From a virus (taxonomy: Duplodnaviria; Caudoviricetes): a DNA stretch of 59,808 nt. Under the pieces are notes generated by a model. It had not been told where the DNA came from and searched no databases. It saw only the letters and a program-made list of their open reading frames with translations. The first letter of the stretch is position 1, and every line of letters starts with the position of its first letter. Positions 28,981 through 35,952 of the stretch are shown here, piece by piece. Both the position numbers and the translations under genes were made by a program. Location of the stretch: positions 1 through 59,808 of the IMG/VR virus record IMGVR_UViG_3300020045_013036. One strand, given 5' to 3'.

Positions 28981-29193
28981 TCAATACCCCAAACGGTTGG
29001 AAGGCCAAACGCCAGCGCTGCGGGGGCGGTCAAGGTCTTGCAGCGTAACCCACACGTAACAGGCGCCGTAAATATTCGTGTTCGAACCTTCCGAAACATG
29101 AGTGATGCGGCCGCGGCCGGCAGGTGTGCCGCGGTCAGCCGGGAAAGAAACTACTTGCCCCACTTGGAGGCGGCGAGCTTGTGCAATGTTCAT
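28981..29193 (-). CDS. Hypothetical early protein (SH3-like pattern)
   Basis: LQVGQVVSF...GRITHV...VWPSNRL. Confidence 0.55.
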   Translation of the reverse strand: MNIAQARRLQVGQVVSFPADRGTPAGRGRITHVSEGSNTNIYGACYVWVTLQDLDRPRSAGVWPSNRLGY

Positions 29194-29438
29194 GGTTGGC
29201 TCCGACGTGAGGTAGGTTCGAATACGAAAGCGGTGTCGCCGTTGGGGAGTTCTCCGGACAGCAACGAGCCAGTCCAGCCCAGCTTGTCGCAAAGAGCCTT
29301 GGCGGCGAAACCGTGGCGAGTCACGCCGTCAGGGATGTTGAAGGCCGAAAGGGTGATTGAGCCCGAGGCACACCAAGCCTTGATGCGAGTTGGGCGGGTG
29401 TTGGTGTAGGGTAATGTGCGAACTTGGATGGCTTGCAT
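29190..29438 (-). CDS. Conserved phage early protein
   Basis: MQAIQVRTLPYTNTRPTRIKA...AAKALCDKLGW; GGAG SD. Confidence 0.65.
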   Translation of the reverse strand: MQAIQVRTLPYTNTRPTRIKAWCASGSITLSAFNIPDGVTRHGFAAKALCDKLGWTGSLLSGELPNGDTAFVFEPTSRRSQP

Positions 29439-29503
29439 TTTGATCTCCAATACTGCGTTAAGGTGCTTCACAAAACCCCCGAGTAGGGGTTTCAGGTAGA
29501 ACC

Positions 29504-29782
29504 CTAAGCGCCAACAATCAGGCCAAGAGCCGCATTCAGGGTGGCGTCATGGCGATACCCGGAAATGATATCGGCGCCGTAACGGGTGGCAGTCCAGACA
29601 ATGCGGCGGCCCGGGGTGTAGTGGGCAACCATGACGATGCCGTGGGCAGCATAAAAACGATCGGCGCTGTGGGCTTGGACGCTGGAACCGTCAGCAAGGT
29701 GGCCGCGGTAAAGGTCGGTCGGTGTAGCGGCGCAGGGGGCGTTGATGGTGTCCCAGCGGATAGAGGGCGTGGTATTGATCAT
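29504..29782 (-). CDS. Hypothetical early protein
   Basis: GGAG SD; first gene after the promoter at 29847-29875. Confidence 0.6.
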   Translation of the reverse strand: MINTTPSIRWDTINAPCAATPTDLYRGHLADGSSVQAHSADRFYAAHGIVMVAHYTPGRRIVWTATRYGADIISGYRHDATLNAALGLIVGA

Positions 29783-29846
29783 GGTAAATACTCCGGTGTT
29801 CAGGCTCGCCACCTTGGAGGCTTGGAGCGGGTTGGTTGATGCTTCC

Positions 29847-29875
29847 ATTATAGCCGTTAGTGCTTGACGCGTCAA
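29847..29875 (-). promoter_or_regulatory. Near-consensus sigma70 early promoter with operator in the spacer
   Basis: TTGACG-CGTCAAGCACTAACGGC-TATAAT. Confidence 0.85.
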
Positions 29876-30087
29876 GGGGTTTCTGCGCCCCGACTTATGC
29901 GGCGAATCAGCGAAACGCAATTGGCAAACGCCCGTTTGTCGGAAGGCGTGCCGCCGGTGATAACGAAAGTGCCCGTTGATTCAAGGTAGAGTTTCAGGTG
30001 GTTACCCTTGGACAATTCCACGCTCGAAAAAGTGACGCCCGCTTTGGCTTGTAGGTCTTCAATGTATTTCCGTTGTTGCTTGGTCAT
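29872..30087 (-). CDS. HicA-like (dsRBD-fold) small protein
   Basis: SKGNHLKL...VITGGTPSDKRAFAN...IRR. Confidence 0.5.
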   Translation of the reverse strand: MTKQQRKYIEDLQAKAGVTFSSVELSKGNHLKLYLESTGTFVITGGTPSDKRAFANCVSLIRRISRGAETP

Positions 30088-30090
30088 GGC

Positions 30091-30318
30091 TCAAAGCTCC
30101 CGGACATAGATAAAGGCGCCAATCTGTTCAGCTTGATCCACCGCTTCGAATCTATGTCCGCCGGGGAAAGCCGTGCCACCCCCGAGCACAGAATAGGTTG
30201 GCAACCGGGTGAGGGCGTAACGCTTGGCGGCGTCAAAGGGGCCAAAGCTGAAACCCCCAACAATGATCAGTTCAGCGGCAGCCTGTGGGGAGGTGATACG
30301 GTAAGCGCGGTCCATCAC
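30091..30318 (-). CDS. Hypothetical early protein
   Basis: ORF track. Confidence 0.55.
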   Translation of the reverse strand: MMDRAYRITSPQAAAELIIVGGFSFGPFDAAKRYALTRLPTYSVLGGGTAFPGGHRFEAVDQAEQIGAFIYVREL

Positions 30319-30455
30319 GCCACCGCTTCAAGCTGGCAGGCGAGGCGATACAGTGCGCTAGCACCATGCTTGGCAGCATAGCGGCGAGCGGCGGCCGGGC
30401 CCCAGCTGTGACGGTGTGCCACGGCATAGAGGGCGATAGCGGCGAGAGGTGTCAT
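30315..30455 (-). CDS. Hypothetical 46-aa early protein (below the ORF-track cutoff)
   Basis: GGAG SD, MTPLAAIALYAVAHRH..., 4-bp overlap with the next gene. Confidence 0.5.
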   Translation of the reverse strand: MTPLAAIALYAVAHRHSWGPAAARRYAAKHGASALYRLACQLEAVA

Positions 30456-30524
30456 GGTCAATACTCCAAAGGGTTAAGGGCGCTACACAAAACCCCCATG
30501 CAGGGGCTTCAGGTATTGTCCTTT

Positions 30525-30863
30525 TCAGTAGGGCAGGAATTGAGCAGGATCGAAGGCGCCCCACTTTGCAGCATTTGGGCCAAGGATCAGGCCGGTCTCA
30601 TTGCACTTGATAGCCACAGCATCCTGTTCGCAGGCAATGCAAAGTTCAAAACATGAGCCCTTGATAACTTCGGCCAGCGTTGAATCCGGATACTCGAATT
30701 GGCAGATCAGGGTAGGTTCAGTAGCGCTTTGGGCCACACGAGCGCTCAGGCCAAAAGGCTTGATGCTGGGGAAGGCCCGGGCCACTTCGATTTGAACCGA
30801 TAAGGCATTCAAGAGGGTATTGGTTTTGGCTGAAAGCAGGCCGACGTTGAGTTGGATTAGCAT
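30525..30863 (-). CDS. Putative SAM lyase (SAMase)-like early protein
   Basis: LNVGL...TEPTL...CEQDAVAI pattern matches the Glu/Gln layout of phage SAM lyases; first gene behind a strong promoter. Confidence 0.5.
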   Translation of the reverse strand: MLIQLNVGLLSAKTNTLLNALSVQIEVARAFPSIKPFGLSARVAQSATEPTLICQFEYPDSTLAEVIKGSCFELCIACEQDAVAIKCNETGLILGPNAAKWGAFDPAQFLPY

Positions 30864-30895
30864 GGTGTTCTCCGGTTAGGTTGGTCAGTGGTTCC

Positions 30896-30924
30896 ATTAT
30901 AGCCGTTAGTGCTTGACGTTGCAA
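30896..30924 (-). promoter_or_regulatory. sigma70 early promoter with a spacer identical to that of the 29847 promoter
   Basis: TTGCAA-CGTCAAGCACTAACGGC-TATAAT. Confidence 0.85.
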
Positions 30925-30979
30925 GGGGTATTTTAAGGGGGTGCCGTGCTTTGGTGTGCAGGCACCCCCGAGTGTTGGC

Positions 30980-31423
30980 TTAAAACTGAAGCAGGAAGAA
31001 GACACGCTCATTGTTTGCGCCATCCTGATAACGGACGTTGAGCGCAATCAGCAATTCAGTTGCCAACTTGAAGCGCTTGCTGCTTTCGTCGCACTTGAGA
31101 TCAGCGAGCAAGCGACGCCACGGGCGGGAGAACGCGTTTAGATAGGTTGATTTTACTAGGCCACCCCCATACAGCGGGCCGCGGGGTTCGATTGCAGGTC
31201 GTAGGGTGCGCAGCAGTTCAGCCGCGGGGTTCGATTGTTGCAGGATTTCAGCCTCGATACTGGCGCGGCGAGCTTCTACCGCTTCGGGGGTGGTGAGTTC
31301 AGCTTCCACCTCGGCGCGCAGGGCTTTCATCATTGCCGCATGCTCTTCAGCATATAGCTTTGCTTCCAGTTCAGCCTTGATACTGGCGCGCAGGCTTGCC
31401 ATTGCTTCGGGGGTGGTGTTCAT
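30980..31423 (-). CDS. Coiled-coil protein carrying a copy of the primase-helicase C-terminal domain
   Basis: A C-terminal 70-aa segment is 54/70 identical to the primase C-terminus; AAGGA SD; TTGACA-17-TAACGT upstream. Confidence 0.85.
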   Translation of the reverse strand: MNTTPEAMASLRASIKAELEAKLYAEEHAAMMKALRAEVEAELTTPEAVEARRASIEAEILQQSNPAAELLRTLRPAIEPRGPLYGGGLVKSTYLNAFSRPWRRLLADLKCDESSKRFKLATELLIALNVRYQDGANNERVFFLLQF

Positions 31424-31537
31424 TTGATTTCCTTTCATGGTTGTTGGAGTAGTCACGTTAGAGCGTTGTGAGCGGTTTGTCAATTAACTTTTACGGCTAA
31501 AAGGGCCGATTCAGCCTGTTCAATGGGATGACTTCAC

Positions 31538-31922
31538 GCTATACCACCTGCTATACCACTAGGGGGTGCCTTGAAACCCGCGTGGTTATTAGCTATACCA
31601 CCTAGTACGCTATACCGGGGGTCACAGATTCAGGCGTGTTAATGTTGGTAAGTGATTAAAATGTTAGCCTATTTAGTATATATGATATATTTGATATATA
31701 TTCTATCCCTATTGTGAGGCGAGGGTTCAGCGTTAAGCTTTGACGCTTAAATAATGCTGTATAACCGCACTTTCACACGTGCCCCCCGTTATATTTTTAC
31801 GTTAAATCCCCGTCAAGTATTGATATCTATTTCTGTGACCCCCGGTATAGCGTACTAGGTGGTATAGCGTTGTGCTGCAAGGGTTTCCAGCCGGTGCCCG
31901 GTGGTATAGTGGGTGGTATAGC
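31538..31922. repeat. Putative replication origin: inverted iteron arrays around an AT-rich core
   Basis: Four CTATACC iterons on the left and four GGTATAG on the right; perfect 37-bp inverted repeat 31592-31628/31832-31868; AT-rich 203-bp spacer. Confidence 0.65.
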
Positions 31923-31974
31923 CCCCCGACACCGCGACAAACTGTATGAATATATACGCTTATAAGTTAAAACG

Positions 31975-32177
31975 CGTCAAGGCGTGACACGTCAAGGCGT
32001 GACGGTGAGCGTTATACCGCGTCAAGCTGTGACGCTAAAACCCCGTAAAAAGGCGTAACACCGCCCCCCAGCGTCAAGGTGTAACACTCGTCAAGCCTTG
32101 ACGCTTAACCAGTGCATAACCTGCTCGCGCTTTATAAGATAACCGCCGATGATGCTGTGCGCCGTCAAGCCTTGACG
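31975..32177. repeat. Cluster of CGTCAAG-N3-TRAC[G/A] operator-like palindromes
   Basis: Copies at 31975, 31990, 32020, 32072, 32089 and 32163, with variants at 31731 and 31811. Confidence 0.8.
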
Positions 32178-32178
32178 C

Positions 32179-32281
32179 GTGCTTAGGTTGTTGTGTGCTT
32201 AACCTGATGTTAAGTGATGTGCTTGTTAAGTGATGTGCTTAACCTGATGTTAAGTGCTGACGTGGTTAGGTGATGTGCTTG
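32179..32281. repeat. Short degenerate direct repeats (GTGCTTAACCTGATGTTAAGTG / GTGATGTGCTT)
   Basis: Read directly from the sequence; apparently non-coding. Confidence 0.7.
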
Positions 32282-32472
32282 CTCGCTGATTCGGGGATGA
32301 TTGGGTGCTTGCCCGGGTGTCGGATTGCTCGGGTGCCACCACCCCGCTGAGCCACGGCTCGACTCCTGATGGGGATCGCCACAGAGACAGAGAAAATATC
32401 TGAATCCGTTAGTACCTGACACACCTACACGCCCCCAAATATAAAAACAGAAAATCAGAAAAGGTACCCCAC

Positions 32473-32501
32473 TTGCACCCCGACCCATCACGAACTACAA
32501 T
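32473..32501 (+). promoter_or_regulatory. sigma70-like promoter of the rightward (terminase) operon
   Basis: TTGCAC-17-TACAAT, followed by AGGAG and ATG 32539. Confidence 0.65.
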
Positions 32502-32538
32502 CCGATTCACTTTGAAGCAGAACAGGAGCCTCCCCAAA

Positions 32539-32721
32539 ATGCCATACAACCCGACACCGATCCAATCTAAAATGCAGTATCGCATCGGCGTAGGCCTGAT
32601 CGTGGTTGGCGCTGCCCTCCTGCTCACGGGCTACCTCAGCCACCCCTTCGACCTCACCCTCTCCACGGTGGGTGGGATTACGGCCGCCGCCGGCAACATG
32701 CTTCGCGTGTTTGCGGAATAG
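32539..32721 (+). CDS. Small two-TM membrane protein
   Basis: IGVGLIVVGAALLLTGYL and LTLSTVGGITAAAG. Confidence 0.6.
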   Translation: MPYNPTPIQSKMQYRIGVGLIVVGAALLLTGYLSHPFDLTLSTVGGITAAAGNMLRVFAE

Positions 32722-32725
32722 CCAG

Positions 32726-34282
32726 ATGGCAACCCCCTCCAACGATTTCAAGTACATCCCGCGGGCAGCGTTTATGCCCTACCACCAGCGCACCCAACGA
32801 TATGCGGCAGTGGTGTGCCACCGGCGCGCGGGTAAAACGGTGGGCTTGCTTAACGATACGATTGTGCGCGCCCTCACCCCGAGGGCAGATGGGCTGCGCC
32901 AGCAGTTTGCTTATTTAGCGCCAACACAGGCTCAGGCCCGTGCGGTGGCGTGGGCGTACCTGAAGGAATTCACGGCTTGCTTTGCGAGGTGTGGGGGGTT
33001 CAAGTGTTTGGAGCAGCACCTTTCAATTACCCTACCTGATCCCCGGGACACCAATAAGCCGGGCAGCACAATATTGCTGGTGGGGGCGGAAAACGGTGAG
33101 CGCTTGCGGGGTCTGTTCCTTGACGGTTGCGTGGTTGATGAGGCCGCTGACGTGGCCGACAATATCATCACCACAGTCATTCGTCCCGCGCTGGCAGACC
33201 GCCAAGGTTGGCTGACGATCGCCGGCACCCTGAAGTCGGTGGATGATTTCCTGAACCGGACTTTGGAGTTGGCCCAGCGCGCACCTCTGCTTTACTTCAG
33301 CATGGTGTTGAAGGCTTCCGAGTCAGGCATACTTCCGGGCGAAGAGTTGCGCGACCTCAAGGCCACGATGAGCGAGGAAGCCTACGAAGTCGAAATGGAA
33401 TGCAACGTTGCCGCCGCGGTGAGTGGGCGCATCTTCCTGCCCTATATGCAGGCCAAACAGGTAACGCGCGTACCCTATGACCCCGAGGGGGCGCCGGTCG
33501 TGACAGCGTGGGACTTGGGTATCTCCGACAGCACGGCAATCTGGACCATGCAGATGTGCGGGCGCGAACCCCGCATCCTTGACTTCTATCAGGAGAGCGG
33601 GCAGGACTTGGGGCACTTTGTCACTTGGCTGGGTAAGTTGAGTTATGCGAACCGGCTGGGCGCGCACTTGCTGCCACACGACTCGAAGGTCCGGGAACTG
33701 GGTACCGGCAAGACCCGTATCGAGGTGCTGCGTGACAAGGGGCTGCGGAATATCAAGGTCGTGCCGAAGTTGCCCAAGGATCAGCAGATTGAAGCCGGGC
33801 GCATGCTGCTACCGAAATGCTGGTTCAACGAGGACACCACGGCCGATGGGCGCAAGGCGTTGCGCGGGTATAGCTTTGCCTTCGACCACAAGCGCAAGGT
33901 GTATTCCACGGCACCGCTCCACGATCAATTCTCCAACGGGTGTTTGGTTGCAGGGACGCTGGTTGAAACACCCGGCGGGCAGGTTCCGATTGAGTTGATC
34001 GAAGTTGGTGACAAGGTGCTCACACCTTCAGGGGTTGGGGTTGTGCTTCAATCCGGCCCAACCAAAAAAGCTGACACCTTGTATCGAATAACCACGGCCG
34101 ACGGGCGCACGATAACCGGCACAGGTGAGCACAAGGTATTCATACGGAGAGGACTCGTTCCGTTTGACAAGCTCGTTGAAGGTGATATAATTCACGAAGG
34201 TAAATCAACTTTTTGGAGATTGCTTCGTGGAAGAACAAGAGAAATCTTTTTACGCCTACACGCACTCGCGACCAGACGGTAG
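32726..34282 (+). CDS. terL: Terminase large subunit, N-part, fused to split intein N-half (intein starts at Cys 33941)
   Basis: HRRAGKT, YLAPT, LRGLFLDGCVVDEA, AWDLGISD, LLPHD, then HDQFSNG|CLVAGTLV (block A), TGEHKVF (block B) and a stop. Confidence 0.9.
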   Translation: MATPSNDFKYIPRAAFMPYHQRTQRYAAVVCHRRAGKTVGLLNDTIVRALTPRADGLRQQFAYLAPTQAQARAVAWAYLKEFTACFARCGGFKCLEQHLSITLPDPRDTNKPGSTILLVGAENGERLRGLFLDGCVVDEAADVADNIITTVIRPALADRQGWLTIAGTLKSVDDFLNRTLELAQRAPLLYFSMVLKASESGILPGEELRDLKATMSEEAYEVEMECNVAAAVSGRIFLPYMQAKQVTRVPYDPEGAPVVTAWDLGISDSTAIWTMQMCGREPRILDFYQESGQDLGHFVTWLGKLSYANRLGAHLLPHDSKVRELGTGKTRIEVLRDKGLRNIKVVPKLPKDQQIEAGRMLLPKCWFNEDTTADGRKALRGYSFAFDHKRKVYSTAPLHDQFSNGCLVAGTLVETPGGQVPIELIEVGDKVLTPSGVGVVLQSGPTKKADTLYRITTADGRTITGTGEHKVFIRRGLVPFDKLVEGDIIHEGKSTFWRLLRGRTREIFLRLHALATRR

Positions 34283-35060
34283 TGTCTTTTATGTGGGTAA
34301 GGGGGTTGGTCGTCGGGCTTGGTGGTTCAAGCAGGGACGAAACCCCCATCACCGCTCAATCATTGAAAAACATGGGGCTGCGAATATCATCGTCACCATT
34401 TACGGTTGTGTAAATGAGAGTGCGGCGTTTGAGCTTGAAAAGGAATTGATCGCCAAATACTTGGCGCTCGGTGTTCGGTTGGCGAATCAGACCGCGGGTG
34501 GTGAAGGTGCGAGTGGGCGGCCAATCAGTGATAAAGTTCGGGCTGCGTTTGACGCCAATCGGGGTCAGCCAAAGACAGATGCGGCGAAGGCAGCTGTATC
34601 CGCAGCACTGAAAAAGTCTTGGGAGACAAACCCAGCCATGCGAATAAATGCGCAACAGATGGCTGAAAAACGGCGAGGGGTGAAGCGCCCAGAGCATGTG
34701 GTTGCCGCGCTGGTCAAATCCCACAAGGGGAAGAAACAAACGGGGGTGCGCCTTGAACAAACCCAAGCGGCCCAACGTATAGCGCAGGAAGCAGCTAGGG
34801 TTTGGCATTCAACTGAGGAAGGGAAAAAGTGGCATGAAGCACATGGTAAAAAATCTTGGGAAAATCGTGAGTGGGTTGGTTGCACGTGTCAAGAGTGCGG
34901 GCGCGCATTTGCTTCTCCTTACCCTAAACAGGCAAAATACTGCGAGCCGAATTGTCGCAATCGAGCGAATCGACGTAAGCACGGAAAACCCGTTGGTGTT
35001 CGATCTAAGCGTGTATCCTCAGCGGTGTTATCTGGCAAACGGCTTGTTGGTGAGCAATAG
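34227..35060 (+). CDS. GIY-YIG-family homing endonuclease between and overlapping the split intein halves
   Basis: FYAYTH..DGSVFYVGKG..RRA, E.ELI, LANQTAGGEG, NUMOD-like repeats, C-terminal CxxC..CxxxC; GGAG SD. Confidence 0.82.
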   Translation: MEEQEKSFYAYTHSRPDGSVFYVGKGVGRRAWWFKQGRNPHHRSIIEKHGAANIIVTIYGCVNESAAFELEKELIAKYLALGVRLANQTAGGEGASGRPISDKVRAAFDANRGQPKTDAAKAAVSAALKKSWETNPAMRINAQQMAEKRRGVKRPEHVVAALVKSHKGKKQTGVRLEQTQAAQRIAQEAARVWHSTEEGKKWHEAHGKKSWENREWVGCTCQECGRAFASPYPKQAKYCEPNCRNRANRRKHGKPVGVRSKRVSSAVLSGKRLVGEQ

Positions 35061-35220
35061 TGATGCCTTTCAAATTTTAGCAGTTGGCATGAAGCGAGCA
35101 ATGTCGGTGGTGGATGGCTACGCCCCCGGCGAGGATTTGAGTGTCAGCGGGTTCGGGTCTCAGTTCGATGACGACCGCCCGCTCGCCGAAGCGTGGGAAG
35201 GCGATCACGGGGTTTTTTGA
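34834..35220 (+). CDS. terL: Split intein C-half fused to the terminase C-terminal extein
   Basis: VFDLSV...YLANGLLVSN|SDAFQILAVG; Asn at 35056-35058, +1 Ser at 35059-35061. Start codon uncertain. Confidence 0.85.
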   Translation: MKHMVKNLGKIVSGLVARVKSAGAHLLLLTLNRQNTASRIVAIERIDVSTENPLVFDLSVYPQRCYLANGLLVSNSDAFQILAVGMKRAMSVVDGYAPGEDLSVSGFGSQFDDDRPLAEAWEGDHGVF

Positions 35221-35246
35221 CGCGGGTCCAAAGATAGGGTAGCATC
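35218..35246 (+). promoter_or_regulatory. sigma70-like promoter upstream of the portal operon
   Basis: TTGACG-17-TAGCAT. Confidence 0.5.
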
Positions 35247-35271
35247 CCGACAACTTGAATCGGGGTGCTAT

Positions 35272-35952
35272 ATGGCGCGCGTGAAACTACTTCGGCAATC
35301 GCTGGAAGATTACAACAAGAAAATAATGGCAGGCGATGCCGAGTACCAGTCAGCCTACGGGGTGTATTCCGGCAAGACCGATGCGTACAACGCCCAGATC
35401 AACGCCTTCAATCAAGAGTTGAAGGGGCTTGATGCTGGTGAGATTATTCAGGATGCTGATGGTGGCTTGCAGCAGCTTGACCTCAAGCGCGGGCTTATCA
35501 GGTACAAAGGGCCAACTACAGATGCGTTCTCTCAGGGGCCACGACCCGGGCCTGTCTATCAGGATAAAGGTGGGGGTTGGTTTTACGATAGGCCCGTGTT
35601 TATTAACGACGCCACCTATGATGACGCTGGTAATCAAATCTCCCCAGCACAATACGGTACCCGCAAGACAAGTATCCCAGTTGAAGCAACTCACCCCGGA
35701 ACAGCCCCAGCCGCACCAACCCAAGGTGCTGTGCCGCGCATACCGAACCTTACTCAAGGTGACATCCGTGAGTTGCAAAACCCGAGTGTTGATCAGGCCG
35801 CCATGCAAATGTTGGCCAACAAGGGTATCATCGGCAAGAGTGAATTGGCCGGAATGGACCAAAGTAAGATATCGCCCTTCGCCGATCCGGAAGACCCGAA
35901 CAACTTAAAGGAGGCCGGCATACTTGCCCGCACCCTTGGAGGCCAACTGTAA
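35272..35952 (+). CDS. Hypothetical virion-associated protein
   Basis: Between TerL and portal, TAATG-coupled to the portal. Confidence 0.65.
   Translation: MARVKLLRQSLEDYNKKIMAGDAEYQSAYGVYSGKTDAYNAQINAFNQELKGLDAGEIIQDADGGLQQLDLKRGLIRYKGPTTDAFSQGPRPGPVYQDKGGGWFYDRPVFINDATYDDAGNQISPAQYGTRKTSIPVEATHPGTAPAAPTQGAVPRIPNLTQGDIRELQNPSVDQAAMQMLANKGIIGKSELAGMDQSKISPFADPEDPNNLKEAGILARTLGGQL

Noticed and set aside
7057-31423. Lysogeny module (integrase, CI, ParA)
   Set aside because: No such motifs recognised in any ORF; lifestyle cannot be settled from sequence alone.
31466-31475. lacO-like half site TTGTGAGCGG
   Set aside because: Single half-site within a promoter spacer; likely chance.
31592-31868. 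Protelomerase telomere site or invertase-controlled switch
   Set aside because: The arms are separated by 203 bp rather than forming a continuous palindrome, and no protelomerase or recombinase gene was recognised.
31975-32281. CRISPR or mini-array
   Set aside because: Repeats are 15-22 bp with irregular 0-60 bp spacing and no uniform spacers. The only Cas-like gene is a DUF2800 replication exonuclease.
34140-35220. terL as a pseudogene or sequencing frameshift
   Set aside because: Both intein halves keep their splicing motifs, the middle ORF has its own SD and intact motifs, and two independent errors would be needed. A read check is still advisable.
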